A DNA stretch of 64,000 nucleotides, taken from sequence record OP079919.1; one strand, written 5' to 3'. The notes below the pieces were generated by a model. That model did not search any database, was not told the origin of the DNA, and saw only the letters and a program-made list of their open reading frames with translations. Each line of letters starts with the position of its first letter. Position 1 is the stretch's first letter. Source of the DNA: Klebsiella phage KPN8. A program made the position numbers and the translations under genes. Of this stretch, positions 47,936 to 56,304 are shown one piece after another.

Positions 47936-48313
47936 ATGTATGAGGTTACTGTTTACCATTGCTCCAGACAAGAACTGGAAAAGAAAGATCAGGATTTCTT
48001 CGAAGACCTGACCAAGAACGAAGGTTGGGTAGAAGACATCGAAGATATTGAAATGGCGCTGGGTTCCAGGGAGGATTGCATTGAAGGTCAAGAATTCAGA
48101 TTACCCGTCTCTGCTTTAGATATCCTGGAAATGAAATGGGAGGGGCGTTTTGACTCTGGCATTTGCATGTGTTCCGCCATTTACTATTTCTCGCCTGAAT
48201 GCATTGAATCCGTATGTCGTGATCTTTCCGATCATGGTACTCGGGAGGCCGCTCTCTTAGCAGAGTACCTGCGGGACATCCCCGATACCGAAATTGTCGT
48301 TATCGAAATCTAA
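47936..48313 (+). CDS. acidic hypothetical protein, paralog B (125 aa)
   Basis: ACTTTAGGATTTAACATC-ATG; EGWVEDIEDIEMALG. Confidence 0.6.
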   Translation: MYEVTVYHCSRQELEKKDQDFFEDLTKNEGWVEDIEDIEMALGSREDCIEGQEFRLPVSALDILEMKWEGRFDSGICMCSAIYYFSPECIESVCRDLSDHGTREAALLAEYLRDIPDTEIVVIEI

Positions 48314-48340
48314 TTGCTGTGTAGTTGTGGTAGTTCTTTT

Positions 48341-48366
48341 GGGGGCCTTCGGGCCCTCCTTTTTTA
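48341..48366 (+). terminator. terminator-like hairpin (GGGCC-ttcg-GGCCC + TCCTTTTTT)
   Basis: GC stem then T6. Confidence 0.5.
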
Positions 48367-48377
48367 AGGAAAGTAAA

Positions 48378-48818
48378 ATGCGGGAAGACAGAAATATTTA
48401 TCGTAACACAGCTTATATCAACGATCGATATGAGAGGATGGGTGATGCAATAGAAGTAACACTATTTTCTTTTTCGACGTTTGAAATGGATCAGGAAATT
48501 GTGTTTGAATGGGTTAAGAAAAATCCCGCCATCAAACTCGAACTTTATCGAGGTCTGAGTGATAAAGATTCTCCAGTAAATATCTGCGGGTCCGTTACTA
48601 ATATAAGGATCAACCCCCTAGATTTCAAAGTCACCGGTACGCTTCGACCAGAAGGAAGAATGCGCAAAATACTGGAAGATACCATCAATCGGCATCAGCC
48701 CGTCACCATTAACATGCGAGGGATATTTGATTTTAGACATTCCGTTTATCGTTGTACCGAAATCAAAGGCCTGGTGCTAATGTCTGACTTTAGTGCCTTT
48801 CGTAAAAGGAGTATTTAA
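48378..48818 (+). CDS. hypothetical protein (146 aa; trimmed from 48294)
   Basis: TTAAGGAAAGTAAA-ATG after terminator. Confidence 0.6.
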   Translation: MREDRNIYRNTAYINDRYERMGDAIEVTLFSFSTFEMDQEIVFEWVKKNPAIKLELYRGLSDKDSPVNICGSVTNIRINPLDFKVTGTLRPEGRMRKILEDTINRHQPVTINMRGIFDFRHSVYRCTEIKGLVLMSDFSAFRKRSI

Positions 48819-48838
48819 CTTCCATAATTTTTTAAATC

Positions 48839-48846
48839 GATATTAC
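48839..48846 (+). promoter_or_regulatory. GATATTAC (7/8 match to TATATTAC box)
   Basis: 62 nt upstream of ATG 48908. Confidence 0.2.
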
Positions 48847-48907
48847 CACAGTGTCTCAAACATAAAACTTTTAGGTCTTCATCAACATCACCAAGGAGTA
48901 CGCCCGT

Positions 48908-49282
48908 ATGCGTTATCAACATTTTTCTATCGTCTCTTCCAAAGAAGCATTTTCCATTCGTCTTTCTTACATCCTGCAACATCTGAACAAAACAGAAACT
49001 CAGCGCTCCATCGCGGAGTATTGTGGGGTGAGTACGAGCACCATCTCCGCCATCTGCAACGAGCACGTCCAGTACGTATCCCTCAATACGCTGATGAAAA
49101 TCGCGGATAAACTGAAACTTAACTACGAGGTTGTCTTTAAAGGCAATCGCGGTAAAGTGAGTAACTTTGTTACTGTTGAATCCGCCGTGGATTACATGAA
49201 GCTCGGCAAGTTGAACCCCGTTCGTAAAAATGTGATGAAGGGTAACTCCCCTGCATTTAAAGGACGGGTGGCGACGCATTAA
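48908..49282 (+). CDS. XRE-family helix-turn-helix transcriptional regulator
   Basis: QRSIAEYCGVSTSTISAICN HTH; AAGGAG 9 nt upstream. Confidence 0.6.
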   Translation: MRYQHFSIVSSKEAFSIRLSYILQHLNKTETQRSIAEYCGVSTSTISAICNEHVQYVSLNTLMKIADKLKLNYEVVFKGNRGKVSNFVTVESAVDYMKLGKLNPVRKNVMKGNSPAFKGRVATH

Positions 49283-49287
49283 TCATG

Positions 49288-49332
49288 GTGGGAGTCCGCA
49301 AGGGCTCCCACGCTATTTATTAATTTATTTTT
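49288..49332 (+). terminator. intrinsic terminator (TGGGAGTCC-gcaa-GGGCTCCCA + T-rich)
   Basis: 9-bp stem (1 mismatch), TTTATTAATTTATTTTTT. Confidence 0.6.
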
Positions 49333-49343
49333 TAGGATAAAAC

Positions 49344-49901
49344 ATGACCATTATCGTAGGGGTTGTAAAAGAAAAATCGTTAAGTGCGGACCGTTATATA
49401 CTGGATTACAAGCAGATCAACAAAACAGTATCTTCGGTTTCACGCTACACCGAGAGTAAATTAAAAATATCTCCGGACAATCATTTCTGTTATGTCTTCT
49501 GTGGCGAACAAAAAGAAGAGATCGTTCCATTGGTTCTTAACTATTTACTCAGATTCGAAAAAGGTCTGGTGAAGGAAGACGAATTTATTCATTGCGGACT
49601 TAAATCCTGCGACTCCCTCATTGTGATGTCCGCGAGACATTTTTACTCAATTCAGTTAAATGAAAAACAGGGTGTTTTAGAAGTTCAAATTCGTTTAGAT
49701 GGCGCAGTCACCTATCCTTTTTTAAACAACCATATGGTCGCCGGTCTCGATCTCCCAGGGGAAGTAATTCGTCAAGCACTGATGGAAGCCAATCTCATTC
49801 TCCACACCGATGAAAATGAAGTTGACGTGGTCCATCAAAAAGACCTCACTCTTATTAAGAAAGCCACCAAAAAGGAAATTAAAAATGCTCTTTTATCTTA
49901 A
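49344..49901 (+). CDS. hypothetical protein (185 aa)
   Basis: TTTTTTAGGATAAAAC-ATG. Confidence 0.65.
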   Translation: MTIIVGVVKEKSLSADRYILDYKQINKTVSSVSRYTESKLKISPDNHFCYVFCGEQKEEIVPLVLNYLLRFEKGLVKEDEFIHCGLKSCDSLIVMSARHFYSIQLNEKQGVLEVQIRLDGAVTYPFLNNHMVAGLDLPGEVIRQALMEANLILHTDENEVDVVHQKDLTLIKKATKKEIKNALLS

Positions 49902-50343
49902 CAAGCGGGTTATCGTTGACAGCGTAGCAAACATCTTTATGTTAGCGGACGATACTCCTCACGTCGAGTTCTTATTGGATGGTGACAAACGATGGGCTTT
50001 CATTCCCTATCATGAAAATAACGGCAATACGTTATCCGCAGCCATCTCGGTGAATGAACACGGTGTTTGTTATAATGCGTATTTCAACTATAAAACGTTA
50101 AGTCTCGATCGTCGTATTCCGTTACCCTCTAATTTGTTAAAAGCCTTTCAAACAGGGGGAGACTCCGACTACTGTAACAACATGCACGTCGCTAAGGCCG
50201 CTTTCTATTACCATAACTGCACCTTTGACGAATTCCAAGCGCTGCTAAACAAATCAGGTCGGGGGTACAAAATGTTTGATTTATTAACAGTCTCTAAAAG
50301 ACTTAAGGCGATGCAACCGGAACAATTTAACTGGGTTATTTAA
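49885..50343 (+). CDS. hypothetical protein (152 aa; trimmed from 49810)
   Basis: AAGGAAATTAAAA-ATG; 17-nt overlap. Confidence 0.55.
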   Translation: MLFYLNKRVIVDSVANIFMLADDTPHVEFLLDGDKRWAFIPYHENNGNTLSAAISVNEHGVCYNAYFNYKTLSLDRRIPLPSNLLKAFQTGGDSDYCNNMHVAKAAFYYHNCTFDEFQALLNKSGRGYKMFDLLTVSKRLKAMQPEQFNWVI

Positions 50344-50403
50344 AACCAAGATTCCTATTATACGTTAAAGAATTTTGGATCTATATCACCGTCTTGATGC
50401 ACT

Positions 50404-50423
50404 AACCATAATCTTTTTAGGAG
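50404..50423 (+). promoter_or_regulatory. 20-nt exact repeat AACCATAATCTTTTTAGGAG (copy 2) upstream of GroEL-like gene
   Basis: identical to 27417-27436. Confidence 0.45.
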
Positions 50424-50433
50424 TATTAACATC

Positions 50434-52011
50434 GTGAACGTTCGTGGCGTAAAAGTAAAAGCAGAAACCCGTCAAATTATTGATAACACCGTAGAGCTCG
50501 TTGCAACCGCGGTAACCTCGACCATGGGCCCTAACGGCAAGCTGGTTGTTATTGACGAAACGGGTAATCCTAAAATGACCAAGGATGGGGTGACTGTAGC
50601 GCGCTCTATCCGTTTGGATGATCGGGCAATGGACATCATCGCCAAGATGATCACCGAAGCCTCGATCAAAACGGATGCCGAATGTGGCGATGGGACCACC
50701 ACCACCGTATTCTTAACAAGAGCGTTTTATAACGCCTTTAAAGATAAACTGGATTTCATGACCAAACGCCGGGTGGAAGAGTTAACGAAAGAAACGATCG
50801 AAATGCTCAAAGGAATGACGAAGGTTATTTCTCTTGATAGCCCAGTCCTTCACAATCTGGCGTTAACAACCAGTAATAACGATCTGGATATCGTGAATAA
50901 GCTCTACGATATCTTTAAGACCATACCCGATCCCATGATTGATTATCGTCGGGGTGTAACAGGTATTGACGAGATCGAATACAGTAAGGGCAAGGAATTC
51001 ACAGGCGGGTACGCGCACCCTACTTTCACTAAAGATGGAAGTGGAAGCCCGATTACGATCGAATCGGGTTATGCGTGCATCTTTGAAGGGAAGTTCAGTA
51101 TTCCAGATGACGAGTCGGAATTCCTGAGGCTCTTCGATGAGATCACTAAAAGGGGATATCGTCAGACTATCGTTATCGCACGTGAATTCGACGAACACAC
51201 CCTGATGGTGATGAACAAAATGAATCACGTTATGCTGAAGCAGAAACTGGCGGAGGAACCCGTTTTCATTCCTGTGCGGGTTCAGGCTATCGGAACAGCG
51301 GGAGTGGGGATCATTGGAGATATTGCAACCGTACTGGGGTTAAGTCCTGATGTGGACTATTTAGGTTGGAAGTCTCGTGACTATGAGGTACACTGTATTG
51401 AAAACATTACGGTAAAGGGCGCGGCATTCTTCGTGGGTAGTGTATCTGATGAAGTCTCGGAACGCACAGTAAAGCGCATCGGGCAAATTAAAGATCAAAT
51501 CGATAACTTGCCAGCTGCTCAGAAACACACGCCTTTGGCGAAGATCCTGAGACACCGTATCTCTACTCTGATGGGTAACCGAGTGACTGTAACCGTTGGA
51601 GGAGAAACCGCTTCCGACATCAAAGAACGACTGGATCGATTTGAAGACGTCGGTCGGGCTATCGCATCAGCGTTAACTAACGGCGTCCTTCCGGGCATTG
51701 GTTATTCATTGGCTTATGTTGGTAGTGAGCTGGTGAAGAAATATCCTGACGATTCTATAGTGAAACTGTACGCCGATGTATTGGGCGAGCAGCTTCACAT
51801 GTTGATGGGTCGGGAATTCAATGATCCTGAATTAGTCTATGTCAATCTGGCTACTGGGGAAACCGGTAAGCATCCTCAAGACATCAACGTCTGGGATGCG
51901 CAGTTAGCCACAGTCACTGCGTTAAGGGCTGGTGTCAGCACTGCTATCTCTTTGGCGAGCACCGATACGTTAATTATCGGTAGTCGTGCAGGTGGTGCGG
52001 ATATTCCCTGA
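50434..52011 (+). CDS. GroEL-like chaperonin (Cpn60/TCP-1 family), GTG start
   Basis: MGPNGKLVVIDETGNPKMTKDGVTVARSI...AECGDGTTTTVFL matches GroEL GPKGRNVVL..TKDGVSVAREI..AGDGTTTATVL; 525 aa; no adjacent GroES. Confidence 0.85.
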   Translation: MNVRGVKVKAETRQIIDNTVELVATAVTSTMGPNGKLVVIDETGNPKMTKDGVTVARSIRLDDRAMDIIAKMITEASIKTDAECGDGTTTTVFLTRAFYNAFKDKLDFMTKRRVEELTKETIEMLKGMTKVISLDSPVLHNLALTTSNNDLDIVNKLYDIFKTIPDPMIDYRRGVTGIDEIEYSKGKEFTGGYAHPTFTKDGSGSPITIESGYACIFEGKFSIPDDESEFLRLFDEITKRGYRQTIVIAREFDEHTLMVMNKMNHVMLKQKLAEEPVFIPVRVQAIGTAGVGIIGDIATVLGLSPDVDYLGWKSRDYEVHCIENITVKGAAFFVGSVSDEVSERTVKRIGQIKDQIDNLPAAQKHTPLAKILRHRISTLMGNRVTVTVGGETASDIKERLDRFEDVGRAIASALTNGVLPGIGYSLAYVGSELVKKYPDDSIVKLYADVLGEQLHMLMGREFNDPELVYVNLATGETGKHPQDINVWDAQLATVTALRAGVSTAISLASTDTLIIGSRAGGADIP

Positions 52012-52053
52012 TGCGTTTTAGGGGAAGGAAACTTCCCCATTGGGAGAATTTTT

Positions 52054-52311
52054 ATGGACGTTAACACTTCGTCAATTAAAAATTCTAATAATAGACAACA
52101 TAATAATTACAGCGATTCATCCTCCGCTCCGATTCAGTTGGATCGTTCGGGGGAAATTGTCGACGCCAGAACTAAGCTAACAGTTACTGGTGAAATTCCT
52201 CTTCGAAAGTTACCCACTTTCTCAAACCCACCGCAAAGAACAATAAGAGACGATAAAAAACCTTCATCACTCTGGGGGATGGTTAGAGCTCTGTTCTTTG
52301 TATTCATGTGA
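52054..52311 (+). CDS. small polar Asn/Ser-rich protein (85 aa), uncertain
   Basis: ORF between two hairpins; low complexity. Confidence 0.3.
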   Translation: MDVNTSSIKNSNNRQHNNYSDSSSAPIQLDRSGEIVDARTKLTVTGEIPLRKLPTFSNPPQRTIRDDKKPSSLWGMVRALFFVFM

Positions 52312-52318
52312 TACTATT

Positions 52319-52365
52319 CCTCTACCCACGTGGGTAGAGGAATAATAACGCTTTTTTATTTTTTA
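52319..52365 (+). terminator. terminator hairpin (CCTCTACCCAC-GTGGGTAGAGG) with downstream T-run
   Basis: 11-bp perfect stem; T6/T6 runs 11 nt downstream. Confidence 0.55.
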
Positions 52366-52443
52366 AGGTTATCTCACTCATGGCTAAAATCTATTTCTAT
52401 TACTCCTCTATTGTATAGTAGAAACTCTTATGGGGAAATAGAA

Positions 52444-53412
52444 ATGTCGAAAATTAGTGGTTACAAAGAACATCCGGTAATAAAAAACCTTTTCATCCAT
52501 CCTACGGAAGATAATCACGTCCTGTATGTTAGGAAGAAAAAAGTATCTCGGATAAAGACCCATGTCGGTAAACGCGGATACGTTATTTTTACCATGTGGT
52601 TAAATGGGAAATCCAAGGGTTTTCGCTTCCACAAATTGAAAGCCGAAACGTATCTCAAGAAACCCAGTTCAGACCGCACCCTAGTCGTAAATCATAAGGA
52701 CCATGTTAAGATCAATAACGATCTCGATAACCTAGAATGGGGGACTCAGAAAGAGAATGTCGATCATTCATTAAATATCCGTCAAAAGCTTTGTCCTCTC
52801 TATCGGATAATGGATTTAACTACGGGGAGATGGTGTACAGCCGGTAGTCGTAAAGGGGTAATCGAAATGCTAGCTTGTACCCAACGACAACTCTCTAACC
52901 ATATTAAAGACCCTCGCTATCCATTGCTATTCAAGTGGGAAGTAACAAGGGGTTTTACTTGGAATCTTTCAAAAGATGACGTGGGTAAATATAACCCACG
53001 AGAGCTTCTTCCTTATGTGGTAGAAAAGAATGGCGTCGTTTTTTACCTGGCGACATTAGCTGAAGTTGGTGAATTGACAAAGATCACTAAATACAATATT
53101 ACAGTTGCTTTGAAAAATCAACCAATTCTGCATGCCAAGGGATTCAGCATTCGGTTTATTAATTCTTATGAAGAGTGGATGAAGACTGTTATTGGGAAGT
53201 CCTATATCGATACCATGTTAAATAAAAGTAATAGAAATAAAAAACGGATCGAGGTAATAAACACTCTTACGGAGGAGAAAACCACGTTAAACGGAATTAT
53301 GGAATTAATGGAACTGACTAATTATTCACGACCTACCATCGACAGGGCAATGAAAAATATGTGTGAAGATGGGTGGGTGACTTTCAAAAATCTAAAGATA
53401 AGGTTTATTTAA
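52444..53412 (+). CDS. HNH homing endonuclease (HNH_3 type with NUMOD-like N-terminus)
   Basis: VVNHKDHVKINNDLDNLEWGTQKENVDH; start moved to ATG 52444 (MSKISGYKEHPVI). Confidence 0.8.
   Translation: MSKISGYKEHPVIKNLFIHPTEDNHVLYVRKKKVSRIKTHVGKRGYVIFTMWLNGKSKGFRFHKLKAETYLKKPSSDRTLVVNHKDHVKINNDLDNLEWGTQKENVDHSLNIRQKLCPLYRIMDLTTGRWCTAGSRKGVIEMLACTQRQLSNHIKDPRYPLLFKWEVTRGFTWNLSKDDVGKYNPRELLPYVVEKNGVVFYLATLAEVGELTKITKYNITVALKNQPILHAKGFSIRFINSYEEWMKTVIGKSYIDTMLNKSNRNKKRIEVINTLTEEKTTLNGIMELMELTNYSRPTIDRAMKNMCEDGWVTFKNLKIRFI
52444..53412 (+). mobile_element. free-standing homing endonuclease gene inserted immediately upstream of tdk
   Basis: HNH HEG abutting tdk with TAATG overlap. Confidence 0.55.
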
Positions 53413-53999
53413 TGGCTAAGGTATTTTTCAATTACGCTGCGATGAATTCGGGAAAGACTACTGGTTTGCTGCAATCAGCCTATAATTACGTTGAAAGAGG
53501 AATGTCAGTCTTACTTCTTAAACCTAAACTCGATAATAGAGAAGGAACCGATCCACTAATTAAATCAAGAATAGGATTAGAAAGCGAGTGCGTTTTTATT
53601 CCTGATGATGGGGATGAATTAGTCGACCTCATTCATAATAACAAAGGTGTTTCGGCGATATTCATCGACGAGGTTCAGTTCGTTCCAGTGCGGGTGCTTA
53701 GTGCCATCATGGTGATGTGTGACACCATGGATATTCCTCTTCTTTGCTACGGTCTCCGTAACGCTTATGACGGTAAGGGATTCCCGGGATCTGATTTCTT
53801 ATTACGTCACGCTGATAAACTGGTCGAATGCAAATCCATTTGTTGGTGCGGTAAAAAGGCCACTCACAACATGATGGTTGTCGATGGGAAAGTGGTAAGG
53901 GAAACCACATCAGGGGGAAATATGGTTGTCGGCGGTAATGAACTGTATCACGCCGTATGTCGTCAGCATTTCTTCGAAGGTAAATACAAAGACGATTAA
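53412..53999 (+). CDS. tdk: thymidine kinase
   Basis: MAKVFFNYAAMNSGKTTGLLQSAYNY..IDEVQF...LCYGLRN...CWCGKKATHNM...GGNELYHAVCRQHF matches E. coli Tdk nearly motif for motif. Confidence 0.9.
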   Translation: MAKVFFNYAAMNSGKTTGLLQSAYNYVERGMSVLLLKPKLDNREGTDPLIKSRIGLESECVFIPDDGDELVDLIHNNKGVSAIFIDEVQFVPVRVLSAIMVMCDTMDIPLLCYGLRNAYDGKGFPGSDFLLRHADKLVECKSICWCGKKATHNMMVVDGKVVRETTSGGNMVVGGNELYHAVCRQHFFEGKYKDD

Positions 54000-54077
54000 C
54001 TTATATTTATTTTGAGGTCTACATTATCATGGTGTAAGCATAGTACGTTTTTATTTTCCTTTTTAGGAGTTAACATC

Positions 54078-54572
54078 ATGATGAGCCAACTTGTAAATAT
54101 TCTGAGTGAACACAGATCGGCGTTTATTTGGCCTTCCAACATCCTTCAGTTAGAAGATGAATACTTCTATCTCTCGGTCAAGATTACGGAGAGTGGTGTG
54201 GTCAAATGTATCTTCCGGAACAAGCTCACCAAAGACGTCCGTAAGTTCGACTTCTCTGATAGCATTTTTGATAAAGAGGGGTTATGGGATTACTTCAATG
54301 CGATCGGCAAAGAAGTCTACGCCATTGGGATTGACTACGGTAAAGGGTTCCAGCTGAAGATGTTGTTTGAGCCGATTAAGGCGATGATCACCGATAAGGC
54401 GCATAAGCCTTATAATGGGCATCTTCCAAGAGACGTAAGAGCACCACTGTTTTCCCCGGTTAACGCCCGCAGTATTTATCTCGACGAAAACGGCGAAGTC
54501 ACACTCGATGGCTTCGAATGGGCTTCTCGTGGATTGCAATTAAAAATCATCGAAGAGCTCTTAATTAACTAA
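54078..54572 (+). CDS. hypothetical protein (164 aa; trimmed from 54012)
   Basis: TTTTTAGGAGTTAACATC-ATG. Confidence 0.65.
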   Translation: MMSQLVNILSEHRSAFIWPSNILQLEDEYFYLSVKITESGVVKCIFRNKLTKDVRKFDFSDSIFDKEGLWDYFNAIGKEVYAIGIDYGKGFQLKMLFEPIKAMITDKAHKPYNGHLPRDVRAPLFSPVNARSIYLDENGEVTLDGFEWASRGLQLKIIEELLIN

Positions 54573-54615
54573 TTAATGTTATGCTAATTAGCTCATCACT
54601 GTAAAGAGGATTAAG

Positions 54616-55092
54616 ATGAAAAACCTGCTCGATTTAGTGCTCAAATTTTTCATTGGGCTTAACCCAGGCCTGGCCGTACTGATGGAAGGTGGTTCGATCG
54701 TCAATGTGGTTGAAAAACCAGAAATCGATCGTTACGCCGGTGATATCATGCGTCCGGACGGCACAACCAAGCTTCTGTCGGTAACCTGGAAACCGGGTAC
54801 ATTTAAAGGCGTGTTCGGCCTCGATCCAGCCTTTGCTCCCGTCACGCAGGATGAAGCAGGCACCACTGAAGGTATCTTCCTGAAGACCGACGGCACGCCT
54901 TACTTTGCGTTGACGGCTGAAAATGCTACCGAAGCCAAAATCGAAGAAATCCTCGGATATGCTTTCGAAGAAGGCACGGTCGCAGTAGACACCGAAACCA
55001 AAAAGGTCAGCTTCGCAACGTCTACTATCGTTGCTGAAGTCGATCTGGTCGTTATCGAAGCGGCTCCGGTGGCCGACGGCCAACTGCCGTAA
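54616..55092 (+). CDS. hypothetical protein (158 aa), GC3-rich probable abundant protein
   Basis: AAGAGGATTAAG-ATG; host-like codon bias; strong terminator. Confidence 0.7.
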   Translation: MKNLLDLVLKFFIGLNPGLAVLMEGGSIVNVVEKPEIDRYAGDIMRPDGTTKLLSVTWKPGTFKGVFGLDPAFAPVTQDEAGTTEGIFLKTDGTPYFALTAENATEAKIEEILGYAFEEGTVAVDTETKKVSFATSTIVAEVDLVVIEAAPVADGQLP

Positions 55093-55098
55093 TAAGTA

Positions 55099-55150
55099 AC
55101 CTACTCCTACGTCCTTAACGGGGCGTAGGAGTAGTTCGTTAATTATAACT
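55099..55150 (+). terminator. intrinsic terminator, palindromic family member 5 (CTACTCCTACG...CGTAGGAGTAG)
   Basis: 11-bp stem, T-rich tail. Confidence 0.65.
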
Positions 55151-55197
55151 GACTTTTTTAATATATAACCACCAACGTTCATTTAGGACATAACACC

Positions 55198-55404
55198 ATG
55201 TTGTATGACGCAATTGAAGTTTGTTTTATCGTAATCTCCATTCTTTCCTTTATCTGGGTAATGAAGAAGAAAGGAACCGGGGCGATGTTAATTATTGCGT
55301 TTTCTATTGTTGTCGTGGCAGGATGTCGTTATCAAGATAACGCCGATACCGAACAAGCTTTAGAACATCCAAAATATACCAAATCTAACTGCGGCTGCTT
55401 ATAA
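55198..55404 (+). CDS. small membrane protein (68 aa)
   Basis: CATTTAGGACATAACACC-ATG; 2 TM. Confidence 0.55.
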   Translation: MLYDAIEVCFIVISILSFIWVMKKKGTGAMLIIAFSIVVVAGCRYQDNADTEQALEHPKYTKSNCGCL

Positions 55405-55416
55405 GAGGAACTGATT

Positions 55417-55710
55417 ATGTTTTATGATTTAGTCAAGGTTTGCAAGGAACTCGTATTCTCCCACACTTTCAACGAAAGCAATCCTGACAAGGGTTACTTC
55501 GATACCTGGAAGTGGCGTAAGTTACTCATTAACGTGGTAAGCGTAACGTATCACACCCCTAAGCTTGCCGCGCTCAGTCCGCACTTAAAGGCCATTTCCA
55601 GTAAAGTAGACGGACTGACGATTTCCCCGCAAACTGACAGCCAAGGACGGGTCACGCGAATCACTGTGACACACAATAATAAATCGGTAGGTTTCAGATT
55701 CAAACGTTAA
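55417..55710 (+). CDS. hypothetical protein (97 aa)
   Basis: AAGAGGAACTGATT-ATG. Confidence 0.55.
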   Translation: MFYDLVKVCKELVFSHTFNESNPDKGYFDTWKWRKLLINVVSVTYHTPKLAALSPHLKAISSKVDGLTISPQTDSQGRVTRITVTHNNKSVGFRFKR

Positions 55711-55723
55711 AGGAATAAAGACC

Positions 55724-56296
55724 ATGGGATACATCGAGCTTAAACACGGAACTGATAAAGACTACGTTCCCTATCGCACCAACGACATCTACGAGTTAGA
55801 TGAAGATATCACCGTCTTAACCGACGACACTCGGGTTATTGACGAAAATAAAGAAACCTACTTTTTTGTGCCAGGGGTGGACGCAGAAAACATCAAGGTT
55901 AAGGTCGGTGACGTGAACCAGTTTTTACTATTCTGGTCTGTAAAGGAAGGTGTCGAGGTCAGACTCGTTTCGTTTGGAACTGGGAGAAAAACCACAAAAG
56001 TGGTTGGGTTCCTCATGACCGAGTTTCATCACCATTCCATTTACGCCAGCGTGTTCTCGTCCCTGCTGCATCGAGAATCGAAAATGAATCTCCGTAGCAA
56101 TAAGTTAGCGACGGGGATCATGTGTAAATTACTTCATCGTTGTCTCAAAAGTTTTAAGCTCCAGCATCCTTCGCTTGGACGGATCTGTCTCGATATCGTA
56201 TCTGATAATGGCGTTATCAAGTACGTTAACCAACACGGTAATTTCAGTGGATTGTATTATCGATTCAATCCAGGGTTTAAACCAGAATTACGCTAG
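55724..56296 (+). CDS. hypothetical protein (190 aa)
   Basis: AAAGGAATAAAGACC-ATG. Confidence 0.6.
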   Translation: MGYIELKHGTDKDYVPYRTNDIYELDEDITVLTDDTRVIDENKETYFFVPGVDAENIKVKVGDVNQFLLFWSVKEGVEVRLVSFGTGRKTTKVVGFLMTEFHHHSIYASVFSSLLHRESKMNLRSNKLATGIMCKLLHRCLKSFKLQHPSLGRICLDIVSDNGVIKYVNQHGNFSGLYYRFNPGFKPELR

Positions 56297-56304
56297 GAAA
56301 AAAC

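Noticed and set aside
48793-49110. 105-aa plus-strand ORF
   Set aside because: Overlaps the HTH gene 48908-49282, which has a proper AAGGAG SD; His/Ser/Leu-rich low-complexity product.
52330-52443. N-terminal extension of the HNH ORF (start at 52330), and similar 5' extensions at 54012, 48294, 37587, 18163, 49810, 11373, 31387 and 33862
   Set aside because: Extensions run through terminator hairpins or upstream genes; internal ATGs are preceded by SD-like motifs at proper spacing and match the conserved initiation context.
54634-55182. 182-aa minus-strand ORF antisense to 54616-55092
   Set aside because: Artefact of the GC3-rich codon usage of the sense gene, since GC-rich third positions remove antisense stops; the sense gene has an SD and a terminator.
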